From Acidobacteriota bacterium (GTDB taxonomy: Bacteria > Acidobacteriota > UBA4820 > DSQY01), in NCBI GenBank assembly GCA_037444825.1, contig JBBILR010000008.1, forward strand, positions 17,450-81,449: a stretch of 64,000 bases of DNA. Reading direction: 5' to 3'. The notes under the pieces are model-generated. The model searched no databases and was not told the origin of the DNA. It worked only from the letters and a program-made list of their open reading frames with translations. Shown piece after piece: positions 17,020-27,394 of the stretch. How positions within the stretch are numbered: position 1 is the stretch's first letter; every line of letters begins with the position of its first letter. A program made the position numbers and the translations under genes.

Positions 17020-18243
17020 TCAGTCCGCGTCCCGAAAGATGGAAAAGACCCGCCCCAAGAGGCCGGCCCTCCGGCGGGCGGGCTCCCGTTCCGCCTCCCG
17101 CTTGGCGCCGTAGACGGCGAGGCCCACGGCGGTGGCGAAGAGGGGGGCGGAGACGAGGTTGGTGAGCCCCGCGATCTTCAGGGGCTCCCCCACCCGCACC
17201 TGGTGGTCGAAGATGCCCTCCGCCACCTCGGCCAGGCCCTGGAGCGACGCCGTCCCGCCGGTGAGAACGAGGCCGGCGTTGATGGTGCGGTCCAGCCCCA
17301 CGCTGCGGATCTCCTCGTAGAGCAGCTGGAAGAGTTCTTCGGCCCGCCCCTGGAGGATCTCGGCGATGCGGGACCGGGGAACCATGGCGCTCTTCTTTCC
17401 CGCCGGAGAGGGGACCTCCACCATGTCGTCTTCCTCGAGGAGGCTCACCAGGGCGCAGCCGTACTTCTGCATGAGGATCTCGGCGTCCAGGATCCCCGTC
17501 CTCAGGCCCACGGCGAGGTCGTTGATGAAGTGCTCCCCGCCCAGGGGGACCACCCGGGTGTGCCAGAGGGCGCCCTTCTCGAAGACGGCGATGCCGGTGG
17601 TGCCGTGGCCGATGTTGACGAGGCAGACGCCGATCTCCTTCTCGTCGTCGGTGAGGACGGCGTGGGCGTCGGCCATGAGGTTGAGGACCGGCTCCGCCAC
17701 GGCGAGGCCGCAGCGGTTCACCACCGTGGTGAGGTTCTGCAGGACGGTGACGGGACCGGTGATGATGTGGACGTTGGCCTCCAGACGGCTTCCCGTCATC
17801 CCCAGAGGCTCGGAGATTCCGTCCTGGTTGTCCACGATGAACTCCTGGGGGAAGGTGTGGAAGATCTGCTGGTCCTGGGGGAAGCTCACGGTGCGGGCCC
17901 CCTCCAGCACCCGCTGGATCTCCTCCTTTCCGATGAGGCGCTCCCGATTGGTGACGGCCACCACGCCCCGGCTGTTGAGGCCCCGGACGTTGCAGCCGCC
18001 AACGCCCACGTAGGCCCGGTCCACCGACACCCCGGCCATGAGTTCGGCCTCGTCCACCGAGGCCTTGAGGCACTCCACCACCTCGTTCAGGTTGGCCACC
18101 ACCCCCCGGCGCATCCCCCGCGCCTCGGTCTTTCCGATGCCGGTGATGGCCAGGGTTCCGTTCTCCTCCAGCCTGCCGATGACGGTGGCCACCTTGGAGG
18201 TGCCCACGTCGATGCCCGCGACGTGACGGGATTCCTTAGCCAT
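17020..18243 (-). CDS. ftsA: Cell division protein FtsA
   Basis: The N-terminus reads MAKESRHVAGIDVGTSKVATVIG and the product has an actin-like ATPase fold. Confidence 0.9.
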   Translation of the reverse strand: MAKESRHVAGIDVGTSKVATVIGRLEENGTLAITGIGKTEARGMRRGVVANLNEVVECLKASVDEAELMAGVSVDRAYVGVGGCNVRGLNSRGVVAVTNRERLIGKEEIQRVLEGARTVSFPQDQQIFHTFPQEFIVDNQDGISEPLGMTGSRLEANVHIITGPVTVLQNLTTVVNRCGLAVAEPVLNLMADAHAVLTDDEKEIGVCLVNIGHGTTGIAVFEKGALWHTRVVPLGGEHFINDLAVGLRTGILDAEILMQKYGCALVSLLEEDDMVEVPSPAGKKSAMVPRSRIAEILQGRAEELFQLLYEEIRSVGLDRTINAGLVLTGGTASLQGLAEVAEGIFDHQVRVGEPLKIAGLTNLVSAPLFATAVGLAVYGAKREAEREPARRRAGLLGRVFSIFRDAD

Positions 18244-19084
18244 GGTCCGTTCCTCCCTCTCCGGCGGGGGCCGGAGCGGTATGGGCCGATTCGGGTTCGG
18301 GGGGCCTGAGGACGATCTTGCCGGGCCAGCGCAGGTCGGCGGTCCGGCGGTCGGGGGCGTACTTCTCGGCCCAGCCCCTGGCCCTCTGGAAGCGCTCCCA
18401 CTCCGCAGGAAGGTCCTCGGGGGAGGCCACGAGGGTCCACCCGTCGGCGCACTTCAGGGCGAAGGCGGAGCCCCGCTTCTCCGCCTCCAGGGAGAGGACC
18501 TGCCCGTGGAGGCCCAGTCGCAGCAGGTCCACGAGGACGCGCTGGACCTGGGGCTGGGACGGGTCGAGGCCCGGCCCCAGCGCGAAGTGGGCCCCCGTTC
18601 CCGGCGGGGCCTTCCACGCGAAGCCCGTTCCGTCGATCTCGAAGGTGCCTTCCGGCGTGCGCACGGCGCAGAGGGTCTCCCGCTCCTCCACCTCCACCAG
18701 CAGGGTGCCGGGCAGGTGTTTCCGGCAGAGGAACCCCTTGAGCCAGGGGAAGGCGGAGAGGCGGCGGGCCACCTCCTCCGGGGGCAGGACCACGAGGTTG
18801 CGGCCCTTGAGATCCCTCAGGGCCGAGAGCACCTCCGCGGGGGCGTGGCGGTTGAGTCCCACCAGCTGGATGTCCCGGATGGCGAAGGCGCTGTCCTCCC
18901 GAAGCAGGATCCAGCCGCGGCCCCCGGCCGCCGTGAGCCCCGAAAGGCCGGCCACCACGAGGACAAAGAAAAAGGCTCGGCGGAGGCTTCGCCGCCTCCG
19001 TTCCTTCTGGAGGCGGGTGACGGCGGGGCGGGAGGTCCCCCGCGCCCGCAGCAGGGCCCGCACCACGTCCTCCGGGCGGGTCAT
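18236..19084 (-). CDS. ftsQ: Cell division protein FtsQ (POTRA domain)
   Basis: The real start is MTRPED. Its ATG overlaps the murB stop in an ATGA arrangement. There is a single TM segment (FFFVLVVAGLSGL). Upstream in-frame sequence in the ORF track is antisense Gly/Arg junk. Confidence 0.75.
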   Translation of the reverse strand: MTRPEDVVRALLRARGTSRPAVTRLQKERRRRSLRRAFFFVLVVAGLSGLTAAGGRGWILLREDSAFAIRDIQLVGLNRHAPAEVLSALRDLKGRNLVVLPPEEVARRLSAFPWLKGFLCRKHLPGTLLVEVEERETLCAVRTPEGTFEIDGTGFAWKAPPGTGAHFALGPGLDPSQPQVQRVLVDLLRLGLHGQVLSLEAEKRGSAFALKCADGWTLVASPEDLPAEWERFQRARGWAEKYAPDRRTADLRWPGKIVLRPPEPESAHTAPAPAGEGGTDHG

Positions 19085-19977
19085 CGCCAGACCTCCATCT
19101 CGTAATCCAGGGAAATCCCGGCGGCTTCCGCGGCCCGGCGGGCTTCCTCCGCCAGCCCGAAGGCTTCCTCGAAGGAGGCGCCGCCGTAGTTCACGAGGAA
19201 GTTGGCGTGGCGCTCGGAGAAGCCGGCCCGGCCCCTCCGGCGGCCCTTGAAACCCAGGCTCTCCAGGATCCTCCCGGCGTGGTCGCCGGGGGGGTTCTTG
19301 AAGACCGAGCCCAGCGTCGGCTCCCGCCAGGGCTGGCTGGCCTTCCGCCTCTCCTGGGCCTCGGCGAAGCGCCGCTCCACCGCTTCCCGGTCGTCCTCGG
19401 CGAGGAGGAACCGGCAGGCGCAGACCACCCCGCGCCCCTTCAGGTCCGAGGAGCGGTAGCCGAAGGTGAAGCGGGAGGCGGGGTGCCAGACCATCCCCTC
19501 CCTCCCCTCGGCGAGGCAGACGGCGGAGAGGACCTTCCCCACCTCGCACCCGAAGGCCCCGGCGTTCATCACCGCCGCCCCCCCCACGGTTCCGGGGACG
19601 CCGCCGAGCCCCTCCAGGCCGGCGAGGCCGCGGCGCACCGATTCTGCGGCCAGGCGGGGCAGGGGAACGTCGGCGTCGGCCTCCGCCTCCCGCCCCGACC
19701 ACCGGATGGTCCCCTGGAGTCCCCGAAGGTGGAGGACTCCGAAGGGGAGGGGACCATCGGCCGCCAGGATGTTGCTTCCCCCCGCCAGGACTCGGAAGGG
19801 GACCCCTTCCTCGCGAAGAAGGCCGAGGAGAGAGGGGACCGTTTCCCACCGGGAAGGCCGGATTCGGAAAAGGGCTTCGCCGCCGATCCCCAGGGAGAGG
19901 GCGGGGGCGAGGGGGAAGGGCTCCTCGAAGAAGGCGCCCAGGTCCCGGGCGAGGGCGGAGAGGCGCTCAAGGCCCAT
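19081..19977 (-). CDS. murB: UDP-N-acetylenolpyruvoylglucosamine reductase
   Basis: The 298-aa product has an FAD-binding region (GGSNIL) and a MurB C-terminal region. Confidence 0.9.
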   Translation of the reverse strand: MGLERLSALARDLGAFFEEPFPLAPALSLGIGGEALFRIRPSRWETVPSLLGLLREEGVPFRVLAGGSNILAADGPLPFGVLHLRGLQGTIRWSGREAEADADVPLPRLAAESVRRGLAGLEGLGGVPGTVGGAAVMNAGAFGCEVGKVLSAVCLAEGREGMVWHPASRFTFGYRSSDLKGRGVVCACRFLLAEDDREAVERRFAEAQERRKASQPWREPTLGSVFKNPPGDHAGRILESLGFKGRRRGRAGFSERHANFLVNYGGASFEEAFGLAEEARRAAEAAGISLDYEMEVWR

Positions 19978-21358
19978 GGCGCCCCTCCAGCAGGCGGAGC
20001 AGCCGCTCGCCCACGGTGGTGATGGTTCCCGCCCCCAGGGTGACCACCAGGTCGCCGGGGCGCAGGTGGGGGAGGACCGCCTCGGGCAGGTCCTCCACGC
20101 GGGGGCAGTACCGGACCTCGCGGTGCCCCGCCTGGCGGACCCGCTGGGCCAGGGCCTCGCCGGTGACCCCGGGGATGGGGGGCTCGGAGGCGGCGTAGAC
20201 GTCGGTGATCCAGAGGAGGTCGGCGGAGGAGAGGACGTCGGCGAAGGCGCCGGAAAAGGCCCTCAGGCGCGTGTAGCGGTGGGGCTGGAAGAGAATGACC
20301 ACCCGCCCGCCGGCGGCGGTCTTGCGCGCGGCTTCCAGGACGGCGCCGATCTCCGTGGGGTGGTGGCCGTAGTCGTCCACCACCCGGACGGAGGCCGCCT
20401 CCCCCTTGAACTCGAAGCGGCGGTCCACGCCGGGGAAGGTGGCGAGCCCTTCGGCCACGGCCTCGAAGGGGATCTCCATCTCCTCGGCGGCGGCGGCCGC
20501 CGCCAGCGCGTTGAGGACGATGTGGCGGCCCACCTGGCGGAGCCGGAGAAGCCCCCGGCGCTCGCCCCGCACCGACAGGACGAAGGCCTCGCCGAATCCG
20601 GCGGGGGCCTCCCGGGGTTCGGCGGAGACGTCGGTGGGGGAGGCCACGCCGTAGCGCACCACCCGGCGGCGGACCGAGGGCAGGAGGGCGCGGACGCCTC
20701 CGTCGTCGCCGCAGGCCACCAGGGCGCCGTAGAAGGGGACGCGGTTCATGAATTCCAGGAAGGCGCCGTGCAGATCCTCCGGGGTGGGATAGCGGTCCAC
20801 GTGCTCCCAGTCCACGTTGGTCACCACCGCCAGGCTGGGGTGGAGGAGCAGGAAGGAGCGGTCCGACTCGTCCGACTCGGCCACCAGCAGGTCGCTGCGG
20901 CCCAGGCGGGCCGAGGAGCCCAACGTGGAGAGCCGCCCGCCGATGACCACCGTGGGGTCCAGGCCCGCCAGGTGCGCGAGGTGGGCGATCATGGCGGTGA
21001 CGGTGGTCTTTCCGTGGGAGCCCGCCACCACCACCGACGTCTTGAGGCGCATGAGCTCCGCCAGCATCTCCCCCCGGGGGATGACGGGGATTCCCCGGCG
21101 CCGCGCTTCCTGGACTTCGGGGTTCTCGGCGGTGACGGCGGAGGAGAAGACCACCACCTGGGCGTCGCCGACGTTCTCGGGGCTGTGGCGGAGGGCGATG
21201 CGGGCCCCCAGGGAGGCGAGCCTCCGGGTGGCGTCGTTCTCCTTGAGGTCCGACCCCGTCACGGTGAAGCCCAGGTTGAGCAGGACCTCCGCGAGGCCGT
21301 TCATGCCCGACCCGCCGATGCCCACGAAGTGGAAACGGTTCATGCGGGAGAGCCTCAT
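19967..21358 (-). CDS. murC: UDP-N-acetylmuramate--L-alanine ligase
   Basis: The N-terminus reads MRLSRMNRFHFVGIGGSGMNGLA. The ATP-binding loop is GSHGKTTVTAM. The start overlaps the murG stop. Confidence 0.9.
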   Translation of the reverse strand: MRLSRMNRFHFVGIGGSGMNGLAEVLLNLGFTVTGSDLKENDATRRLASLGARIALRHSPENVGDAQVVVFSSAVTAENPEVQEARRRGIPVIPRGEMLAELMRLKTSVVVAGSHGKTTVTAMIAHLAHLAGLDPTVVIGGRLSTLGSSARLGRSDLLVAESDESDRSFLLLHPSLAVVTNVDWEHVDRYPTPEDLHGAFLEFMNRVPFYGALVACGDDGGVRALLPSVRRRVVRYGVASPTDVSAEPREAPAGFGEAFVLSVRGERRGLLRLRQVGRHIVLNALAAAAAAEEMEIPFEAVAEGLATFPGVDRRFEFKGEAASVRVVDDYGHHPTEIGAVLEAARKTAAGGRVVILFQPHRYTRLRAFSGAFADVLSSADLLWITDVYAASEPPIPGVTGEALAQRVRQAGHREVRYCPRVEDLPEAVLPHLRPGDLVVTLGAGTITTVGERLLRLLEGRHGP

Positions 21359-22440
21359 GGGCGGCCCTCCGCGAGGAAGAGGAACTCCGCGATGTCCCGG
21401 GCGGCCCGGGGGCGGGCCAGGCCGGAAAGGGCCCGTTCCATCCGCCGGCGCCGGTCGCCGTCGGCCAGCCGGGAAAGCGCCTGGAGGAGCGTTTCGGTGG
21501 TGAGGTCCGCTTGCTCGATGCGGAGGGCCGCCCCGGCGGACTCCAGCCCCCGGGCGTTGGCCGACTGGTGGCCCCCGGCGGAGAAGGGGAAGGGGACCAG
21601 GAGGGCCGGCCTCCGCACCACGCAGAGCTCGGCCAGGGTGGTGGCGCCCGCCCGGGCCGCCACGGCGTGGCACCAGCCGTAGGCCGCCCCCATGTCGTCC
21701 AGGAAGGGCTCCACCCGGGCGTCCAGCCCGTGCTCGGCGTAGGCCCGGAAGACCCGGTCCCGGTCCTCGCCCCCCGTCTGGTGCAGGAGGGAAATCCCCC
21801 CCTCGAAGGACCGGAGGGACGGGGCCGCCGCGATGAAGGCGTCGTTGAGGGGCCTTGCGCCCCGGCTCCCGCCCAGCACGAGGAGCCTCAGGGGCCGGTC
21901 GGGTGCTTCGGGAGGCGGCACGGAGAGAAGGCTTTCCCGCACGGGGTTGCCCAGGAAGCGCGCCTTGCCGCGGAAGACCCGCTTGGTCTCGGGGAAGGCC
22001 ACCGCCACCAGGGCGGCGAAGCGGGAGAGGAGGCGGTTGGCCATCCCCGGCTCGGCGTTCTGCTCGAGGAGCACCAGGGGGATTCCGGCGAGGCCGGCGG
22101 CCAGTCCCATGGGCACGGAGGCGTACCCGCCCACACCCAGGACCGCGTGGGGGCGGAAGCGGGCCAGGATGGAGGCGCACCTCGCCACGGCGCCGGGGAC
22201 CGCCGCCAGGGCCCGCAGCCGGGACAGGGGCGAGGTGGCGGCGAAGCCGCTCACGGGGAGGGCCTCGAAGGGGTAGCCCAACCGGGGGGCCAGACGGGCC
22301 TCGATGCCCCTCCGGCTTCCGACGAAAAGGATCCGGGTGCCCGGACGCAGGGCGGAGGCGGCCTGGGCCACGGCGAGGCCGGGGAAGAAGTGCCCCCCCG
22401 TGCCGCCTCCCGCCACGATCAGCCGGAACCCTCGGTCCAT
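21355..22440 (-). CDS. murG: UDP-N-acetylglucosamine--N-acetylmuramyl-(pentapeptide) pyrophosphoryl-undecaprenol N-acetylglucosamine transferase
   Basis: The N-terminus reads MDRGFRLIVAGGGTGGHFFPGLAVA. The product is 361 aa. Confidence 0.9.
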   Translation of the reverse strand: MDRGFRLIVAGGGTGGHFFPGLAVAQAASALRPGTRILFVGSRRGIEARLAPRLGYPFEALPVSGFAATSPLSRLRALAAVPGAVARCASILARFRPHAVLGVGGYASVPMGLAAGLAGIPLVLLEQNAEPGMANRLLSRFAALVAVAFPETKRVFRGKARFLGNPVRESLLSVPPPEAPDRPLRLLVLGGSRGARPLNDAFIAAAPSLRSFEGGISLLHQTGGEDRDRVFRAYAEHGLDARVEPFLDDMGAAYGWCHAVAARAGATTLAELCVVRRPALLVPFPFSAGGHQSANARGLESAGAALRIEQADLTTETLLQALSRLADGDRRRRMERALSGLARPRAARDIAEFLFLAEGRP

Positions 22441-22484
22441 TTCGTCTCTCCAGGGGCGCCCGCCGCCCCGTTCTTCCACGGTCC

Positions 22485-23573
22485 TCATTCGTGCTGGCTG
22501 ATGTTGAGGAGGATCCCCAGCCCCGACAACGTCACCACCAGGCTGGAGCCCCCGTACGAGAACAGGGGCAGGGGCATCCCCTTGGTGGGGATGAGGCAGA
22601 GGGTCACCAGGATGTGGATGAGGGCCTGCCCGAAGATCCACGCCACGATGCCCGCCGCCGCCAGGGTCCCGAAGGCGTCGGGGGCCCCTTCCACCGCCCG
22701 CACGCCCCTCCAGAAAAACCACACGAAGAGCCCCAGAAGGAGAAGGCACCCCACGAGCCCGAAGGTCTCCCCCACCATGGAGTAGATGAAGTCGGTGTGG
22801 GGGTGGGGGAGAAAGAGGAGCTTCTGGCTGCCCCCGTCGAACCACTTGCCGAATAGGCCCCCGCTCCCCACGGCGATGAGGGACTGGCTGGCCTGGAAGC
22901 CGGCCCCCCGGGGATCGGCGTCGGGGTGGAGGAAGACGGCGATCCGCTGGATCCGGTAGGGGAAGGCCAGGATCAGGATGCCCACCATCACCAGCGCCGC
23001 CGCCGCCGCCGGCAGAATCAGCTTCCAAGGAAGCCCCGTGAGAAAGAGCAGGGTTCCCGCCACTAGGCCCAGCACCACCACGGTACCGAGGTCGGGCTGG
23101 AGGGAGATGAGCAGGCCGAAGAGGGCCGTGGTCGCGGCCACGGGCAGGAATGTGGCACGGAAATCCCCGCCGGCCTTGAGCCCTCGGTCCAGAACGAAGG
23201 CGCAGAAGAGGATGAGCACCAGCTTGGCCGACTCGGAGGGCTGGAGGGTCATCTTCCAGACCCGGATCCAGCGGTGGGAGCCGTTGATGGCCGGCATGAA
23301 GAGCACCACCACGAGGAGGAGGGTCTCCACCGCCAGGAGACCGAGGACCACCCGGCGGTCCTTCCAGAAGGTGTAGGGAATCCGCAGGGTGACGAGGAGG
23401 GCTCCCATCCCCACGCCCATCCACAGGGCCTGGTGGACGAAGAAGTACATGGGGTCGCCCTTGGACTTGAGGGCCACCACCGACGAGGCGTTGTAGATCA
23501 TCACCAGCCCCGCCAGCATGAGCAGGAGGACGACGGCGGAGAGCTGGCGGTCGTGGCGGAGGGTCCGGCTCAC
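22485..23573 (-). CDS. ftsW: Peptidoglycan glycosyltransferase FtsW (SEDS family)
   Basis: It is a polytopic membrane protein. The SEDS motif is present (PTKGMPLPLFSYGGSS). The GTG start overlaps the murD stop. Confidence 0.85.
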   Translation of the reverse strand: MSRTLRHDRQLSAVVLLLMLAGLVMIYNASSVVALKSKGDPMYFFVHQALWMGVGMGALLVTLRIPYTFWKDRRVVLGLLAVETLLLVVVLFMPAINGSHRWIRVWKMTLQPSESAKLVLILFCAFVLDRGLKAGGDFRATFLPVAATTALFGLLISLQPDLGTVVVLGLVAGTLLFLTGLPWKLILPAAAAALVMVGILILAFPYRIQRIAVFLHPDADPRGAGFQASQSLIAVGSGGLFGKWFDGGSQKLLFLPHPHTDFIYSMVGETFGLVGCLLLLGLFVWFFWRGVRAVEGAPDAFGTLAAAGIVAWIFGQALIHILVTLCLIPTKGMPLPLFSYGGSSLVVTLSGLGILLNISQHE

Positions 23574-24913
23574 GGGGCTTCCTCCCCCCGCACCCAGGCG
23601 GTGAATTTCCGGCCCCGGTCCTCGAAGTTCTCGAACTCGTCGAAGGAGGCGCAGGCGGGGGAGAGGACCACGCTGTCCCCCGGCTCCGCCAGTTCCAGGG
23701 CCCGGCGGGTGGCGGCGGCCAGGCTGTCGAAGCGCTCCACCCTCGGTCCCGCGCCCTTCAGGGCCGCCTCGGCCTTGGCCGCCGCCGCCCCGAAGCAGAG
23801 AACCGCCTTGGCGCAGCGCCGGATTTCGGGGAGGAGGACCGCGAAATCGGCGCCCTTGTCCTTGCCGCCGAGGAGGAGGATCACCCCTCGCTCGAAGGCG
23901 GTGAGGGCCTTGAGGACGGCGTCGGTGTTGGTGGCCTTGGAGTCGTTGTAGACGTGGGCGCCCTTCACGGTGGCCACGCGCTCCAGCCGGTGGGGCAGGC
24001 CCCGGAAGCGGCGCAGGGGCTCGGCCAGCGCCCCCTCCGGGACGCCGGCCAGGCGCGCCGCCAGGCAGGCCGCCAGGGCGTTCTCCAGGTTGTGGAGGCC
24101 CGGAAGGGGAAGGTCCGACCGGGAGAAGAGAACCTCCTCGGAACCACCTCGGCGCCAGAGGGCCGCCTCCCTCCGGACGAAGGCCCCCTCCAGAAGCTCC
24201 GTCCCCGTGGAGAAGGGGGCCTTTCGGGCGGCGGAGGCGCCGGCCAGTCGGGCCGCCTCGGCGTCGTCGGCCGAGAAGACCGCCCAGTCGGAGGCCTCCT
24301 GGTTCCGGAAGACCTGCCCCTTGGCGGCGGCGTAGTCCGCGAAGGAGTCGTACCGGTCCTGGTGGTCGGGGGTCACGTTGAGGAGCACGGCGATGGAGGC
24401 CCGGAAGGTGTCCAGGCTCTCCAGCTGGAAGGAGGAGAGCTCCAGCACGTGCCAGGTCTCCTCCGAGTCCTCGGCGACCATGTCGGAGAAGGGGCGCCCC
24501 AGGTTCCCTCCCACCCGCACGTCGGGCAGGCGGGAGGCCAGCAGCTCCCCCGCCAGGGTGGTGGTGGTGCTCTTGCCGTTGCTGCCGGTGACGGCCAGGA
24601 CCCGGCCCCGGGCGTGGCGGAAGGCCCACTCGATCTCGCCGAGGACCGGGATCCCCGCCCGGAGGGCCGTCCGCACCAGGTCCGAGCGGCGGGGCACGCC
24701 GGGGGAGAGGATCACCGCCTCCACCCCCTGGAGGAGGTTGGGGGACATGCTCCCGCCGTAGAAGAGCAGGCCCCGGGCCAGAAGGGGGGAGAGGTCCACC
24801 GAGAGCCCGTCGCTGGTGGCGATGTCGCAGGCGGTGACGGCGTGGCCTTGCTCCAGGGCCAGTTTCGCCGCCGCGAATCCCGACTTCCCCATGCCCGCCA
24901 CCAGCACCTTCAC
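23570..24913 (-). CDS. murD: UDP-N-acetylmuramoylalanine--D-glutamate ligase
   Basis: The N-terminus reads MKVLVAGMGKSGFAAAKL. The ATP-binding loop is GSNGKSTTTTL. Confidence 0.9.
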   Translation of the reverse strand: MKVLVAGMGKSGFAAAKLALEQGHAVTACDIATSDGLSVDLSPLLARGLLFYGGSMSPNLLQGVEAVILSPGVPRRSDLVRTALRAGIPVLGEIEWAFRHARGRVLAVTGSNGKSTTTTLAGELLASRLPDVRVGGNLGRPFSDMVAEDSEETWHVLELSSFQLESLDTFRASIAVLLNVTPDHQDRYDSFADYAAAKGQVFRNQEASDWAVFSADDAEAARLAGASAARKAPFSTGTELLEGAFVRREAALWRRGGSEEVLFSRSDLPLPGLHNLENALAACLAARLAGVPEGALAEPLRRFRGLPHRLERVATVKGAHVYNDSKATNTDAVLKALTAFERGVILLLGGKDKGADFAVLLPEIRRCAKAVLCFGAAAAKAEAALKGAGPRVERFDSLAAATRRALELAEPGDSVVLSPACASFDEFENFEDRGRKFTAWVRGEEAP

Positions 24914-24923
24914 CGCTCTCCTC

Positions 24924-26012
24924 CTACCGGATCTTCAAGGTGGCCAGCCCCAGGAGGGCGCAGAGGATGGCCAGGATCCAGAAGCGGACCACCACCTGCG
25001 TCTCCTGCCACCCTCCGAGCTCGAAGTGGTGGTGCAGGGGGGCGCACCGGAAGATCCGCTTCTGGTTTCGAAAACGGTACGACGCCACCTGGAGCAGGAC
25101 CGACAAGGCCTCCGCCACGAAGAGCCCCCCCACCACCACCAGCAGGATCTCCTGCTTGATGATGAGGGCCAGGGTCCCGATGGCGGCCCCCAGGGCCAGG
25201 GACCCCACGTCCCCCATGAAGACCTGCGCCGGGTGGGCGTTGAACCAGAGGAAGCCCAGGCTGGCCCCCACCAAGGCCGCGGCGAAGACCGCCAGTTCCC
25301 CCGTGTCCTTGACGTACGGGATGCCCAGGTAGCCGGCGATGATGGTGTTGCCGGCGGCGTAGGCCAGGATGGCGTAGGTGGAGGCGGCGATGAGGGTGCA
25401 CCCGATGGCCAGCCCGTCCAGGCCGTCGGTGAGGTTCACCGCGTTGGAGGAGCCCACGATCACGAGGACGGCGAAGGGGATGAAGAAGAGGCCCAGGTCC
25501 GGCCGGAAGTTCTTGAAGAAAGGCACCGTGAGGGTGGTCTCCCACCCTCCGCTCCGGGCCAGGAGGTAGAGGGCGGTGGCGGAGGCCAGCGCGCAGAGGA
25601 TCTGGAGGGAGAGCTTCTGCCTCGCCGTGAGCCCCAGGTTCCTCCGGCGGCGCATCTTGAGGTAGTCGTCGGCGAACCCGATGGCGCCGAAGGTCAGGGT
25701 GGTGAGGACGAGGACCCAGAAGAGGGGCGACTCCCACCGACTGCACAGGAGCACCGCCGCGAAGAGGGCCAGGAGGATGAGCACCCCGCCCATGGTGGGG
25801 GTCCCGGCCTTGGCCTGGTGGGCCTTGGGCCCCTCCTCCCGGATGTACTGGCGGAGGTTCAGCCGCTTGAGGGCCTCGATGACGTTCGGCCCCAGGAGGA
25901 GGCTCAGGAGGAGGGCGATGGCGATGGCCAGAGCCCCCCGGAAGGTGATGTACCGGAAGAGCCGAAGCGCGCCCCAGTGTTCCTGCAGGGGGTACAGCAG
26001 GTAGTAGAGCAT
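24924..26012 (-). CDS. mraY: Phospho-N-acetylmuramoyl-pentapeptide transferase
   Basis: The product reads MLYYLLYPLQ...NAVNLTDGLDGLA...HHHFE. The start overlaps the murF stop by 1 nt. Confidence 0.9.
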   Translation of the reverse strand: MLYYLLYPLQEHWGALRLFRYITFRGALAIAIALLLSLLLGPNVIEALKRLNLRQYIREEGPKAHQAKAGTPTMGGVLILLALFAAVLLCSRWESPLFWVLVLTTLTFGAIGFADDYLKMRRRRNLGLTARQKLSLQILCALASATALYLLARSGGWETTLTVPFFKNFRPDLGLFFIPFAVLVIVGSSNAVNLTDGLDGLAIGCTLIAASTYAILAYAAGNTIIAGYLGIPYVKDTGELAVFAAALVGASLGFLWFNAHPAQVFMGDVGSLALGAAIGTLALIIKQEILLVVVGGLFVAEALSVLLQVASYRFRNQKRIFRCAPLHHHFELGGWQETQVVVRFWILAILCALLGLATLKIR

Positions 26013-27394
26013 CAGCTCCCCTTTCCTTCCCGGAGGGCCCGCACGAGACCGTCCAGGCCCACCCCGCGAGATCCCTTCACCAGCAGGACGTCCCCGGGGG
26101 CGAGGCGTTCCGTGATCCAGGGAACTCCCTCGGCCCAGGCTTCCACGTGAAGCCATTCCCCGCCGCACGGGGCGAAGCCCCGGGCCATCTCCCCGGCGTT
26201 CTCCCCTCCCACGCAGAGAAGAACCCGCACTCCCGCCTCCGCCGCCTTCCGCCCCGCCTCCCGGTGGAGTTCCGGGCCCTCGGGCCCCAGCTCCAGCATT
26301 TCCCCCAGGACCGCCACGGGACGCCGCTCCAGGGCGCGGAGGGACATGAGGGCCAGGGCGAGGGCGGCGGGGTTGGAGTTGTAGGAGTCGTCCAGGACCA
26401 GGACGTCTCCCGGCAGGAGGAACCGCTCGCCCCGGTGGGCGGCGGGGCGCGCTTCGGCGGCGGCGGCCGCCGCCTCGCCCAGCGGCAGCCCCATCTCCGC
26501 CGCCAGGCAGGCGGCCCCGGCGAAGTTCAGCAGGTTGTGGCTCCCCAGAAGGGGAAGGAGACCTTCGGCCCGCCGGCCCTTTCCCTCCAGCACGAAGGGG
26601 ACCCCCGCCGGGGAGGGCTTTTCCCGCGGAAGGACCCGGAGGTCCGCCGCCGCGGAGAAACCGTAGGAAGCCCGGCGGAAGCCCGGGGGCAGCGGGAGGT
26701 CGGCGAGGAGCGGGTCGTCGGCGTTGAGGACGGCGAGGCTCCCGGGGGCGGCGTGGCAAAGGACGCGGGCCTTCTCGTCCCGGATGGCCTCGAGGGAGGG
26801 AAAGAACTCCAGGTGGACCTTCTGGATGGTGGTGAAGAGAACCGCCGTGGGGGCCGCCAGGGGGGCCAGGCTCTCCATTTCCCCCGGGTGGCTGATGCCC
26901 AGCTCCAGCACCCAGAAGCGGGCGGAGAGGTCCCCGTCCAGTAGGGTCTCGGGGAGGCCCAGGAGGTTGTTGCGGTTTCCGGAGGTGGCGTGGACGGGCC
27001 CCAGGCGCCTCAGGAGCGCCGCGGCCATCTCCTTGGTGGTGGTCTTGCCGCAGGACCCCACCACGGCGGCCACCTCCCCCCCGAAGGCCCCTCTGGCCAT
27101 TCGGCCGAGCCTCCGGACCGCCTCCTCCACCGAGGGAACGAGGAGGGCGGCCATGCCCTGCGGGAGGGAGACTTCCCGCTCCACCAGGGCGGCGGCGGCG
27201 CCGTGGCGCCGGGCGTCCTCCAGGTGGTCGTGGCCGTCGGTCCGCGAACCTCTGAGGGCGGCGAAGAGGCACCCCTCGAAGCAGCTCCGGGAATCGAGGC
27301 GGAGGCCGGAGAGGGCCAGGCCGGGCGGGCCGGCGAGGACCCGTCCCGCCGCCTCCTGGGCGGCCTCTTCCAGGGTGAAGGTCAGCCGCGCCAT
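26012..27394 (-). CDS. murF: UDP-N-acetylmuramoyl-tripeptide--D-alanyl-D-alanine ligase
   Basis: The ATP-binding loop is GSCGKTTTKEM and the product has the Mur ligase architecture. The start overlaps the murE 3' end by 13 nt. Confidence 0.9.
   Translation of the reverse strand: MARLTFTLEEAAQEAAGRVLAGPPGLALSGLRLDSRSCFEGCLFAALRGSRTDGHDHLEDARRHGAAAALVEREVSLPQGMAALLVPSVEEAVRRLGRMARGAFGGEVAAVVGSCGKTTTKEMAAALLRRLGPVHATSGNRNNLLGLPETLLDGDLSARFWVLELGISHPGEMESLAPLAAPTAVLFTTIQKVHLEFFPSLEAIRDEKARVLCHAAPGSLAVLNADDPLLADLPLPPGFRRASYGFSAAADLRVLPREKPSPAGVPFVLEGKGRRAEGLLPLLGSHNLLNFAGAACLAAEMGLPLGEAAAAAAEARPAAHRGERFLLPGDVLVLDDSYNSNPAALALALMSLRALERRPVAVLGEMLELGPEGPELHREAGRKAAEAGVRVLLCVGGENAGEMARGFAPCGGEWLHVEAWAEGVPWITERLAPGDVLLVKGSRGVGLDGLVRALREGKGS

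Noticed and set aside
19967-27272. Track ORFs that merge adjacent dcw genes (737, 689, 714 and 782 aa)
   Set aside because: They are in-frame read-through upstream of the true start codons into the preceding gene's antisense or other frame. True starts were placed at conserved Mur/Fts N-termini with RBS and stop-start overlaps.
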